Assembly (NCBI GenBank): GCA_963766735.1
Contig: CAVYBU010000002.1
Span: 128,001 to 192,000, forward strand
Length of the DNA stretch: 64,000 nucleotides
Direction of reading: 5' to 3'
Origin: an uncultured Chloroflexia bacterium
GTDB taxonomy: Bacteria; Chloroflexota; Limnocylindria; Limnocylindrales; CSP1-4
The number at the start of each line of letters is the position of its first letter. The stretch's first letter is position 1. Shown here piece after piece: positions 1-9,113 of this stretch. A program made the position numbers and the translations under genes. The notes beneath the pieces were generated by a model. That model worked only from the letters and a program-made list of their open reading frames with translations. It was not told the DNA's origin and did not search any database.

Positions 1-1131
1 CTCGCGGGTCTCGCGGTCCTTGACGAATTCCACGCCGATCATCAGGCCGGGCCCGCGCACGTCCCCGATCATCGGGAAATCCGCCATCAGCTCGCGCAGG
101 CCCCCGCTGAGCTCCGCGCCCCGTCCCCGGGCGTTGGCGACCAGGTCCTCGTCCCGGATCGTCTCCAGGACGGCCACGCCGGCCGCGCAGGCCACCGGGT
201 TGCCGCCGTACGTGGTGCCGTGGGCGCCGCGGCCCCACCGCTCCTGGAGCGCCTTGCTGGTCACGATCGCCGACAGCGGCAAGCCGTTCGCAATCGCCTT
301 GGCCACGCAGACCACGTCCGGAATGATGTCCGCGTGCTCGAACGCCCACATCTCGCCGGTCCGCCCGTAGCCCGACTGGATCTCGTCCGCGATCAGCAGG
401 ATCCCGTGCTCGTCGCAGATCGCGCGCAATGCCCTCAGGAACGCCGCCGGGGCCGGGTAGTAGCCGCCCTCACCCTGGACGCACTCGATGATGATCGACG
501 CCACCTGGGACGGCGCGACCGTGGTCGCCAGCAGGTCGTCCAGGTGGGCGAGGCACGCCTCGGTTGCCGCGGCCGTGTCGTCATCGAAGTCCCGGTAGGT
601 GGCAGGAAACGGGAGCTGGTAGATCGACGGCAGCAGCGGCTCGTAGCCACGGCGGTAGTTGAGCGAGGAGCTGGTGATGCTGGTGGCGCCGATCGTCCGT
701 CCGTGGAACGCACCCCGGAACGCGATGATCGCCGGGCGCCCCGTGGCGCGCCGCGCGAGCTTGAGAGCGCCGTCGATGGCCTCCGAACCCGAGTTGAGGA
801 AGAGGACGGTGTCCAGCGGGTCTGGGAACGTCTCGGCCAGCATCCTGGCGAGGGTGACCGTGGACTCCGCGAAACCGATGGCGTGGACGGGGCCGATGAG
901 GCGATCCACCTGGGCGTGGATGGCCGCGGTCACGCGCGGGTGTGTGTGCCCGAGCGCCGTGACCGCGATGCCGTTGGCGAAGTCCAGGTAGCTGTTGCCG
1001 GCGGTATCGAACAGGCGGTGGCCGATCCCGTGGGACCAGCTGCGGTCCATGTACCGGCCGAGCACCGGCGACATGTTGGGGGCCGCCAGGGCGGCGAGGT
1101 CGAGGGCGTCGGAGGCGTCGTTGGTGTCCAC
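1..1131 (-). CDS. Class III PLP aminotransferase (GABA/ornithine aminotransferase-like), 3' end runs off the window
   Basis: Manual minus-strand translation from GTG 1131: ...YLDFANGIAVTALGH...FLNSGSEAIDGALKLAR...AFRGAFHGRT...ADEIQSGYGRTG...AKAIANGLPLS. TATACT lies 6 nt upstream. Confidence 0.9.
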   Translation of the reverse strand, partial: MDTNDASDALDLAALAAPNMSPVLGRYMDRSWSHGIGHRLFDTAGNSYLDFANGIAVTALGHTHPRVTAAIHAQVDRLIGPVHAIGFAESTVTLARMLAETFPDPLDTVLFLNSGSEAIDGALKLARRATGRPAIIAFRGAFHGRTIGATSITSSSLNYRRGYEPLLPSIYQLPFPATYRDFDDDTAAATEACLAHLDDLLATTVAPSQVASIIIECVQGEGGYYPAPAAFLRALRAICDEHGILLIADEIQSGYGRTGEMWAFEHADIIPDVVCVAKAIANGLPLSAIVTSKALQERWGRGAHGTTYGGNPVACAAGVAVLETIRDEDLVANARGRGAELSGGLRELMADFPMIGDVRGPGLMIGVEFVKDRETRE

Positions 1132-1272
1132 GGGGCGAGTATAGGGAGAGTCCGGCCCGTGCCGTCACATGCCTCCGGTCGTTTCAGCAGCCGCGGTGCG
1201 GCGTTAGGATGGAGCCACGTCCGTCCGTCCCCGCCAACGTCCGCGCGGGCCACCAATCGAGGCCACGAGACC

Positions 1273-2478
1273 GTGATCGACTTCACCCTGACCGACGAGC
1301 ACAAGCTCGTCCGCGCCTCCGCCCGCTCGTTCGTGGAGGCCGAGATCCTGCCCTACATCCGGGAGTGGGACGAGAAGGGCGAGGTCCACCGCGAGATCTT
1401 CGCGAAGATGGCCGAGATGGGGTTCCTGGGTGCGCCGGTCCCGGAGCGGTACGGCGGCGCCGGCATGGACTATGTCAGCTTCGCGATTCTGTGCGAGGAG
1501 CTGGAGCGTGCGGACACGGCCTTTCGCGTGGTCCAGAGCGTCCACGTCGGCCTGAACTCGCTCACGCTCCTGCAGTGGGGGACCGAGGAGCAGCGCCAGC
1601 GCTGGCTGGTCCCGCAGGCGAAGGGCGAGATGCTGGCGACGTTCGGCCTGACGGAGCCGGGCGTCGGCACGGACGCCGCGAGCCTGGCCACGACCGCGCG
1701 CCGGGACGGCAATTCGTACGTGCTCAACGGGCACAAGATCTGGATCTCGCTGGCTGACCTTGCCGACCACTTCCTCGTGTTCGCCACGGTGGACAGGGCG
1801 AAGAAGCACAAGGGCGTCACGGCCTTCGTGGTCGAGCGTGGAATGCCGGGGCTGACCACGGGCACGCTCCACGGGAAGCTTGGGATCCGGGCCGGCAACA
1901 CGGGCCTCATCGACTTCGAGAACGTCCGCGTCCCGGTCGAGAACCGGATCGGCGAGGAGGGCGAGGGCTTCCTGATCGCGATGAGCGCCATCGACCAGGG
2001 CAGGTTCACCGTTGCGGCGGGCGCCGTCGGTCTCGCACAGGCCTGCCTCGACGCCTCGCTCAAGTACGCGCACGAACGCGAGACCTTTGGCCAGGAGATC
2101 GGTCGCCATCAGCTGGTCAAGCAGATGATCGCCAACATGGCAAAGGGCACGGAGATCGGCAGGCTGCTGGTCTGGCAGGCGGCGGCGCTCAAGAACCGGG
2201 GCCTGCGCAACACGCGCGAGACGTCCCTCGCCAAGTGGCACGCGACGGACCACTCCGTGCAGGCGGCCCTCGATGCGATCCAGATCCACGGTGCCAACGG
2301 CTACTCGAACGAGTTCCCGGTTGAGCGCTACCTGCGCAACTCCAAGGCCGCGGTGATCTACGAGGGCACGAGCCAGCTGCACACGCTGATCCAGGCCGAC
2401 TACGCGCTGGGCTACCGCGAGGACCGGCCTCTGCGCTGCGAGCCGTGGCCGGCCGAGGGCTTCGACCGCCCCGGCTGA
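1273..2478 (+). CDS. Acyl-CoA dehydrogenase
   Basis: FGLTEPGVGTD, LNGHKIWIS, AIQIHGANGY and IYEGTSQ motifs. Start trimmed to GTG 1273 (VIDFTLTDEH). Confidence 0.93.
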   Translation: MIDFTLTDEHKLVRASARSFVEAEILPYIREWDEKGEVHREIFAKMAEMGFLGAPVPERYGGAGMDYVSFAILCEELERADTAFRVVQSVHVGLNSLTLLQWGTEEQRQRWLVPQAKGEMLATFGLTEPGVGTDAASLATTARRDGNSYVLNGHKIWISLADLADHFLVFATVDRAKKHKGVTAFVVERGMPGLTTGTLHGKLGIRAGNTGLIDFENVRVPVENRIGEEGEGFLIAMSAIDQGRFTVAAGAVGLAQACLDASLKYAHERETFGQEIGRHQLVKQMIANMAKGTEIGRLLVWQAAALKNRGLRNTRETSLAKWHATDHSVQAALDAIQIHGANGYSNEFPVERYLRNSKAAVIYEGTSQLHTLIQADYALGYREDRPLRCEPWPAEGFDRPG

Positions 2479-2551
2479 CGCGAGGCCAGGAGTCCGTAGG
2501 AGAGATCTCCCATGCGCCCCTGGACGCGCGGCCCCCAGCGGGGGCAGCCGA

Positions 2552-3514
2552 TCAGGCTGCGGGCGCCTCGAGGGCGGCCGCAGCCACCACCTCCCGCTGC
2601 GCCATCCTCGCGCTTCGCCCGCGAGCGGTCACGATCAGCGCAACCGCGAGGACGATCACGGCCGCCGCGACGACCGTGCGGATGGTGAGGGGCTCGCCCA
2701 GGACGATCGACCCGAGGATCACGGCCACCACCGGGTTCACGTACGCGTAGGTGGCGATGCGCCCGAGGGGTGCAACCGTCAGCAGCCAGGCGTAGGTCGT
2801 GAACCCGACGAGGCTGCCGACCACAACGAGGTAGCCGATCCCGAGCCAGCTGGTGGCCGAGACAGCGCCGAGGTCGAAGCCGGCCAGCTGGCCGGTGAGC
2901 ACGGCGGCCACGAGGTACGCCAGGCCTCCGGCGATCATCTGGATGCTCGTGGAGAACAGGGCGGGCCGCGGGAGTAGCGCCCGCTTGGTGGCGTAGAGCG
3001 TGCCGAGCGACCAGAGCATCGGGGACACGATCAGGGCGGCCAGGCCGGCCGGGTCCAGCGGACCGACGTCACCCGCAGGCCAGGCCAGGATCGCGACCCC
3101 GACCAGACCCACCGCGATCCCGACCGCCGCGAGCATCGGGATTCGCTCGCCGAACAGGATGCGGCCGAATACCGCCAGCCACATCGGAACGAGCCCGATG
3201 AGGAGGGCGGCGATGCCGGTGGCGATGGTCTGCTGCCCCCATGCGACAAGCCCGGCGCCGCCGAGCAGGAGCATTGCGCCGACGATCGAGGCGTCGCGCA
3301 CCTGGATGGCCGATGGCCGGCGGATGGAGCGGCGATCCCGGAGGGCGACCCCGCCGGCGAGCAGCAGCCCGGCCGGCACGAAGCGGAGGAAGCCCATCAC
3401 GAACGGAGGCACGGTGTCGATTGCGAGCTTCATGCCGAGGTAGGTGGAGCCCCAGACAAGGTAGAGCACGATGAGGCCAGCCCAGATGGCGAGAGGGCTG
3501 GCAGGCTGACGCAT
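2552..3514 (-). CDS. EamA/DMT family transporter (YedA-like)
   Basis: LYLVWGSTYL and TYAYVNPVVAVILG motifs, about 10 hydrophobic helices. Confidence 0.9.
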   Translation of the reverse strand: MRQPASPLAIWAGLIVLYLVWGSTYLGMKLAIDTVPPFVMGFLRFVPAGLLLAGGVALRDRRSIRRPSAIQVRDASIVGAMLLLGGAGLVAWGQQTIATGIAALLIGLVPMWLAVFGRILFGERIPMLAAVGIAVGLVGVAILAWPAGDVGPLDPAGLAALIVSPMLWSLGTLYATKRALLPRPALFSTSIQMIAGGLAYLVAAVLTGQLAGFDLGAVSATSWLGIGYLVVVGSLVGFTTYAWLLTVAPLGRIATYAYVNPVVAVILGSIVLGEPLTIRTVVAAAVIVLAVALIVTARGRSARMAQREVVAAAALEAPAA

Positions 3515-3624
3515 CGGACCGGAGCTCCTGTGGCGTGGAGGGGCGAGTGTACCGATGGCACCCCACTTGTGCTAGTCGATTAGGCCAACCCGCGGCGGCG
3601 GACGCCCCCGAATCGGTGCTCCCG

Positions 3625-4458
3625 CTACGCCGCCGTCCCGATCGCCGTCGGCCGGCAGATCCTGCACGGCCGGTACCCGGCATCGGCCGCCTCCCCCAGG
3701 GAGCGGAAGGCGACCCGGTATCGGTCCTGCGTCCGCCGGGCGTGGCGGCAGGTGGGCCAGCAGACGATCCTGGTGGTGGTCGAGCCGGTGAGACGCTCGC
3801 CCCGCCGGGCGGCATCCTCCAGCGCGCCCGGGTCCAGGCCCTCCGCCGCGAGGATCGTCCGCTTGTTGTCCGGGCCGCCCAGGCTGTACTGGCCGATGGT
3901 GCCGTCGGTGCGGACGACGCGGTGGCAGGGGACGATGAGCGGGACGGGGTTGTGCCCGAGCGCAGTGCCCACGGCCCTGACCGCCTTCGGCCGGCCGATC
4001 TCCGCGGCGATCCACCCGTACGGGCGGACCTCGCCACGCGGGATCTCCAGCGCCTTGGTCCAGACGGCGACCTCGAACTCGGTCCGGCCGCGCAGGTCCA
4101 GCGGGATCCTCACCCGTCGCTCCCCGGCGAGGCGGCGGGCGATGGCATCCGCCAGGCCGGCGGGGAGGGCGGCGGCGAGGGTGGTGCGGCGGCCGGCGCG
4201 GGTCTCGTGACGTGCGACGGCGGCCGGCCCATCGTCGGCCAGCTCAACCTCGCTGACCCCGCGGCCGTTCCAGGCCACCCAGAGCCTCCCGATGGGGGAG
4301 TCGAGCGGCGCCATGCGGTCCGCCAGGCCGATCTCGACGAGAACGTCCTCCGCGACGTGGGCCGGAGCGGGGACGGCGAGGGCCGCGAGCGCACCGGGCG
4401 CGTCGGCCGCGTTGTCCGTGGGGTCCGCGGGATGCGTGGTGCGAGGGGATCGGGTCAT
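3625..4458 (-). CDS. ogt: Methylated-DNA--protein-cysteine methyltransferase with a C-terminal Ada-type Zn-binding domain
   Basis: AVRAVGTALGHNPVPLIVPCHRVV (PCHR active site), then IVCWPTC...GYRPCRICRP. ATG 4458 overlaps the sigma stop codon. Confidence 0.9.
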   Translation of the reverse strand: MTRSPRTTHPADPTDNAADAPGALAALAVPAPAHVAEDVLVEIGLADRMAPLDSPIGRLWVAWNGRGVSEVELADDGPAAVARHETRAGRRTTLAAALPAGLADAIARRLAGERRVRIPLDLRGRTEFEVAVWTKALEIPRGEVRPYGWIAAEIGRPKAVRAVGTALGHNPVPLIVPCHRVVRTDGTIGQYSLGGPDNKRTILAAEGLDPGALEDAARRGERLTGSTTTRIVCWPTCRHARRTQDRYRVAFRSLGEAADAGYRPCRICRPTAIGTAA

Positions 4459-5040
4459 GCGGTCAGCTCCTCGAGCCCGGTGCCTGCAGTCGCGGCGCGC
4501 AGCATGGCCAGGCCGCGGTGGACCTGTGCCTTGAGCGTGCCCTCGGGGCGACCGAGCACCAGGGACAGCTCGGCGTAGGAAAGGTCGTCGACATGGCGCA
4601 GGACGACGGGGATCCGGTAGCGCTCCGGGAGCGCCGCGAGCAGCGCAGCGAGGCGTTCTCGCTGGTCTGAGAGGGCGGCCAGCGCGGCGGGGTCCGTGGC
4701 GGCGCCGGCCGTGGGTTCGGCGCCTGCCTCGGTCAGGACGGCGAGCGGCGTCGTCGGCAGGACCCGACGCCGGACCCGGTTCCGGCACAGGTTCACGACG
4801 ATGGTCGCAAGCCAGCTGCGAAGACGGAGCGCCCGGATGCGCTCGGGCTCGTAGGTCGCGAGCGCGCGGTAGGCGCGGGTCAGGGCGTCCTGGGCCACTT
4901 CCTCGGCATCGTGGGGATTGCCCAGCACGCGCAGCGCGATCGCGTAGCAGCGATCGACATGGGCGTGAACGAGGACCTCGAACGTAGCCGTCGAGGTCCC
5001 GGGCCAGTCGTTCGGCAAGGGTTGTGTCGTCCATCACCAT
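4455..5040 (-). CDS. ECF RNA polymerase sigma-70 factor, one apparent +1 frameshift near 4986
   Basis: DAEEVAQDAL, LRSWLATIVVNLCRN and LSYAELSLVLGRPEGTLKAQVHRGL motifs. The N-terminus MVMDDTTLAERLARDLDG is in another frame and joins TFEVLV if base 4986 is removed. Confidence 0.85.
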
Positions 5041-5043
5041 CAA

Positions 5044-5071
5044 GAACACGCTCCGGTCCCCGGCGGTTGCA
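5044..5071 (-). promoter_or_regulatory. Candidate ECF-type promoter (TGCAAC...CGTGTT) directly upstream of the sigma gene
   Basis: Minus strand reads tgcAACcgccggggaccggagCGTGTTcttgATG. This matches the AAC/CGT-GTT pattern of ECF promoters. Autoregulation is inferred. Confidence 0.45.
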
Positions 5072-5191
5072 CGCGGCGGCAGGAAGGCGGCTGCGACGGG
5101 CGGCGGATCCCGATCCTAGCAGCCCCGATCGGCTGTTCGGCAGCACCCGCGGGCGCGCTGGAAGGGGTCCCGGGCATGTCACAATCGCGGC

Positions 5192-6199
5192 ATGCGCGTG
5201 GACGACCGCTTCGACGACATGGTCGCCAGCCTCGGCGGCTTCTACCGGACCTGGTACGCCTATGCGGGCCTGGAGCTGGCGCTCTTCCAGCGACTTCGCG
5301 AGGCCGGGTCCGCGGGCATGACCGCGCTCGAACTCGGCTACCGGTCGGGGACCGAGCCCGAGCTGGTGGGCCTCTGGGCATGGGGCGCCTTCGCCCACGA
5401 CCTGGTGGAGATCGAGGGCGACAGGATCCGGCTGCCCGAGGACGTTGCCCGCGTGCTCCTCGATGCGGATCGCTCGGAGTACCTCGGCGGCCAGTTCCAG
5501 TTCGCCGCGATCGCAAGCCTGGACTACGGGATCCTGCCGGGCGTGTTCCGGACCGGGCGCCCGATGGAGGGCCGGCCCGACCGGTACCGCGTGGCGATCG
5601 AGCGGCTCACCCTCCAGGACATTGGCGTGTTCTTCCAGGAGATCCTGGCGACACTTCCGCAACTGGTCCTGGACCTTCGGCCGGGCACCCGGATCATGGA
5701 CGTCCACTGCGGCGCCGGTCGGTGGCTGATCGCCATGGCCCGCCGTTTTCCAGGCACGACCCTCATCGGCGTCGAGTTCGAGCCTGACTCCGTGAAGCGT
5801 GCTCACGTGAACGTGGCGGCCGCCGCGCTCTCCGATCGGATCTCGATCGAGACCGGCGACATGACGGCGGTCGGCCACCCGGACGAGATGGACCTCGTCT
5901 ACTTCCAGTACGCCCTGCACCACCTCCCGGACGCCGCAGCAGCCCTCCGGTCGGCCTGGAACGCGGTCCGCCCGGGCGGCTGGCTGGTGACGCTCGACTG
6001 GTACATGCCGTCCGACCCGGATGAGATCCGGACCCGGATGGGAGAGCTGCTGGCCGGCAACCAGCTGGACGAGCTGGTCCAGGGGACGCGTCTCGTCACC
6101 CGGACCGAGGCCCTCGACTGGTTCGCGGACGCAGGCCTGCCGGTGCCGGAGCTGATCGACCTCCCGTCGGGCGCTACCGCGATCGTCGCCCGCCGGTAG
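5192..6199 (+). CDS. Class I SAM-dependent methyltransferase with an N-terminal winged-helix/dimerisation region
   Basis: IMDVHCGAGRW motif I and YALHHLPD...VRPGGWL. Confidence 0.85.
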   Translation: MRVDDRFDDMVASLGGFYRTWYAYAGLELALFQRLREAGSAGMTALELGYRSGTEPELVGLWAWGAFAHDLVEIEGDRIRLPEDVARVLLDADRSEYLGGQFQFAAIASLDYGILPGVFRTGRPMEGRPDRYRVAIERLTLQDIGVFFQEILATLPQLVLDLRPGTRIMDVHCGAGRWLIAMARRFPGTTLIGVEFEPDSVKRAHVNVAAAALSDRISIETGDMTAVGHPDEMDLVYFQYALHHLPDAAAALRSAWNAVRPGGWLVTLDWYMPSDPDEIRTRMGELLAGNQLDELVQGTRLVTRTEALDWFADAGLPVPELIDLPSGATAIVARR

Positions 6200-6258
6200 G
6201 GGGGCGACGCCGGGCTCCTCTGTCAGCTGTCCTGGCGCGGCCCCGGTATCGTGGCCGC

Positions 6259-7089
6259 GTGATCAGGAGCACGCCCATCGGCGCCGCCGCGATGCTGGCC
6301 CTCGAGCGGCACGAGACGGAATCGCACGCCATCCCGAGCCGCGAGGTCAGGGACCTCGGCGACGCGCTCATGCTGTACGACGACCGAGATCCGGATCCGT
6401 TCTGGAACCGGATGGCCCGGGTGCGGTGGCCCTCCGATCCCGCCGCCTTCGACCGACGCCTGGCAGAGGCGATGGCGCTGTTCCTCGTGCTCGGCCGGCG
6501 GCCGCACGTGTGGCCCTCGCCGGCCCACGCGGAGCCCGCAGACCTGGTCGAGAGGCTGGCCTCGAACGGCTTCCGGGACGTCGGCGGCGGGCACCTGATG
6601 GTGCTGACGGATCCCGAGTCCAGCGGGCCGGTCCGTCCAGGAGACGCGGGCCCGGAGGTGACGCTCCGAGCGATCCGCAGCGCGGCAGATGCCGCCCCGG
6701 CCGATCCCGACGCGATGGCAGGCGTCCTCGCAGATTCGTTCGGCGCCCTGCCCGAACGCGTCCCAGAGCTGGCCGCGGACCTGCGGGCCACTCTGGATGA
6801 CCCCCGGATCGTGCTGGCGATCGCCCAGGTGGACGGGGTAGCTGCCTCCGTCGCGAAGTCGACCACATTCGGCGGCCATTCGTACATCTCGTCGGTTGGC
6901 ACGCGACCACGGTTTCGGGGGATGGGGCTGGCGGCTCTGGTCACCCGCCACGTGCTTGCGGCCGCCGGCACGCGCGAAACCCACACGGTCTACCTCGGCG
7001 TGTTCAGCGGCAACCGCCCGGCGCTGCGACTGTACGAGCGTCTCGGCTTCGCCTCGATCGGCGAGTCGCCGGACCTCATGTTGGAATGA
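6259..7089 (+). CDS. GNAT family acetyltransferase
   Basis: VGTRPRFRGMGLA and NRPALRLYERLGF motifs. Confidence 0.85.
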   Translation: MIRSTPIGAAAMLALERHETESHAIPSREVRDLGDALMLYDDRDPDPFWNRMARVRWPSDPAAFDRRLAEAMALFLVLGRRPHVWPSPAHAEPADLVERLASNGFRDVGGGHLMVLTDPESSGPVRPGDAGPEVTLRAIRSAADAAPADPDAMAGVLADSFGALPERVPELAADLRATLDDPRIVLAIAQVDGVAASVAKSTTFGGHSYISSVGTRPRFRGMGLAALVTRHVLAAAGTRETHTVYLGVFSGNRPALRLYERLGFASIGESPDLMLE

Positions 7090-7109
7090 CGGCTTGAAGG
7101 CGTGATCCG

Positions 7110-7844
7110 ATGACGGCCTGGGCGAGGCTCACCTGGCAGGCGAAGGATCCGGCCGTTCTCACCGCCGACCTCGAGCGCCGCCTCGGGCAGGGTGCGGTTG
7201 TCCGACGGGGGCTCGGTGGTGGGCGCGTCATTCGGATGGGCGGCGGCGACGTGCACATCGTGCCCTGGCGCGTGGAGACGGCCGACGACACGCCGCGCCC
7301 GGAAGGGCGGCTGCTCTTCGAGCCGGTGGACCCGGAGGGCGAAGGCCCCGTGGCGGCGGACGACGCGGAGCGTGGCCCTGCCGAGGTTCTGCTGGCGCCA
7401 CCCCAGTTCCGCCTGGCGGGTGTGGGCTGGGCCACGGTGGAGCTGGATCGAGCGGCGGCCGAGCTCGATCCGTGGCTTGAGCCGACCCTCGACGGCCTCG
7501 ATGGCCAGGATCCGCACCTCGGTGCCCGCACCCGGGTCCGTCGTTCTCCCGGCCTGCCGGGAGAGGCGCTGGTCCTGGCCGAACCGGTGACCGAGGGCCG
7601 CCTCGCCGCGGCGCTCGCCCGGGACGGGGAGGGGCCCTGCGTGCTGTATCTCGAGCCTGCCGAGAGCCTCCAGGCCTGGCGCGTTGGAGCCGCTTCCCGG
7701 GGCATCACGACCTCGGCGATCCGGCCCGGTCCGCTCGGGCCGTCCGTCCTGATCTCCGGCGCGCGGTCCGGACCTCACCTGGTCATCGTCGAGGGCCCGG
7801 ACAGTTCGTCAGCGGGCGCCCACGGCGGTACCATCCACCCATGA
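7110..7844 (+). CDS. Hypothetical protein, weak VOC/glyoxalase-like resemblance
   Basis: Fills the gap between two GNAT genes and overlaps the next start. VGWATVELDRAA...VLAEP...LARDGEGPCVLYL recalls the VOC fold. Confidence 0.6.
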   Translation: MTAWARLTWQAKDPAVLTADLERRLGQGAVVRRGLGGGRVIRMGGGDVHIVPWRVETADDTPRPEGRLLFEPVDPEGEGPVAADDAERGPAEVLLAPPQFRLAGVGWATVELDRAAAELDPWLEPTLDGLDGQDPHLGARTRVRRSPGLPGEALVLAEPVTEGRLAAALARDGEGPCVLYLEPAESLQAWRVGAASRGITTSAIRPGPLGPSVLISGARSGPHLVIVEGPDSSSAGAHGGTIHP

Positions 7845-8281
7845 GCGACGCAGCCACTGTCACCGTTCGCGCCGCCGCGTCCCCGGACGCCGAGCGGCTG
7901 GCCACCCTCCTGACGGACGAGGGCTACCCGGCCGGGGCCAGCGACCTCGCAGCCCGGATCGAGCGCTTCGCGGGATCCGAATCGCGCGTGCTGGTGGCGG
8001 AGGCCGGTGGTGAGGTCGTCGGCTTTGTCGCGTTCCACCTGCTGCCACGATTCGAGACGGACGAGCGGTTCGCGCGGATCGTCGCACTGGTCGTGGACCC
8101 GGGGGTCCGGGAGCGGGGGGTCGGCCGCCTGCTCATGACCGAGGTTGAGGCCGTCGCGCGCGAAGAGGGCGCCGGCTTCCTCGAGATCACCGCCGGGCAC
8201 CATCGGCCGGATGCGCGGAAGCTGTTCGAGTCGCTTGGCTACGACGCGGACGTGGCGGACTACCTGCGCAAGCGCCCCTGA
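7841..8281 (+). CDS. GNAT family acetyltransferase
   Basis: LVVDPGVRERGVGRLL and ARKLFESLGY motifs. Confidence 0.88.
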   Translation: MSDAATVTVRAAASPDAERLATLLTDEGYPAGASDLAARIERFAGSESRVLVAEAGGEVVGFVAFHLLPRFETDERFARIVALVVDPGVRERGVGRLLMTEVEAVAREEGAGFLEITAGHHRPDARKLFESLGYDADVADYLRKRP

Positions 8282-8543
8282 TCGGCACGGCCAGCCGGCG
8301 GGAGTTCGGCGACGCCATCCACCCGACGGAGTTCCTCCGTCACTCGATGTCGTACCGGCGTCTCCTGACGCGGTTCCGCCCCGTCAGCGCCCCCTGCCGG
8401 GACCGCCTGCTGGATGCCATGGACCCGTTTGCTCGTCGACCTCCATCGCGGCGGTGCCTGCCGGGGCGACAGCTCGCTGGTGCCCGCTCCCGTCGGACGA
8501 GACGGTGACCGGATTCGGCGTATCTCATGGACGCGGGGACGAG

Positions 8544-9113
8544 CTAGGACTTGGTGCCCTGGTTGGCGTCGGCGTCGGTTGCTGTGACGGCGCCCCAGCG
8601 CTCCAGGTGGACCAGCTCTGCGAGCGGCTTGCGCCCACCCTTCCTGTTCGGCCTGGTGAGGATGGCCGGGTCCGCCGGATACCCGAACGAGAGGATGTAC
8701 TCGCAGTGCATGCCCGCGGGGTAGCCGAGGAGCTCACGGGCGAGGTCGAAGTCGTAGACGGTGGCCGGGCAGCTGCCGATGCCCAGGTCCCAGGCGACCA
8801 GCATCATCTGGGCCGCCGCGCCGCCCAGGTCCCAGGTCACGCTGAGCGCCGCATCGGTTGAGCGAGGGTCCGGGGTGACGAGCGCGACGGCCGCCGCGGC
8901 CCCGGCAAGGTGCCCGGCATAGGGCCCAACCTTCGCCAGCTCCCGTCGCCGGTCGGGGTCCTGGATCACGATGAAATCCCAGCGCTGCTGGTTCTTGGAG
9001 CTGTGCGCGCGGCGGCCGGCGGCGAGGATCCGCTCGAGATGGGCCGGCTCCAGAGGGCGCGCGGCGAACTCTCGCACAGCACGCTTGTCGTGGACAGCAT
9101 CCCAGGTGGTCAT
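8544..9113 (-). CDS. Nitroreductase family protein
   Basis: KRAVREF, RAHSSKNQQRWDF, MMLVAWDLGIGSC and LSFGYP motifs. Confidence 0.9.
   Translation of the reverse strand: MTTWDAVHDKRAVREFAARPLEPAHLERILAAGRRAHSSKNQQRWDFIVIQDPDRRRELAKVGPYAGHLAGAAAAVALVTPDPRSTDAALSVTWDLGGAAAQMMLVAWDLGIGSCPATVYDFDLARELLGYPAGMHCEYILSFGYPADPAILTRPNRKGGRKPLAELVHLERWGAVTATDADANQGTKS

Noticed and set aside
220-1272. Long N-terminal extension of the acyl-CoA dehydrogenase ORF (752 aa)
   Set aside because: It is the antisense shadow of the minus-strand aminotransferase. The dehydrogenase homology starts at 1273.
3625-5049. 474-aa ORF suggesting a sigma-Ogt fusion
   Set aside because: The middle section is an off-frame reading of the sigma gene. 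Two genes plus one frameshift explain it.
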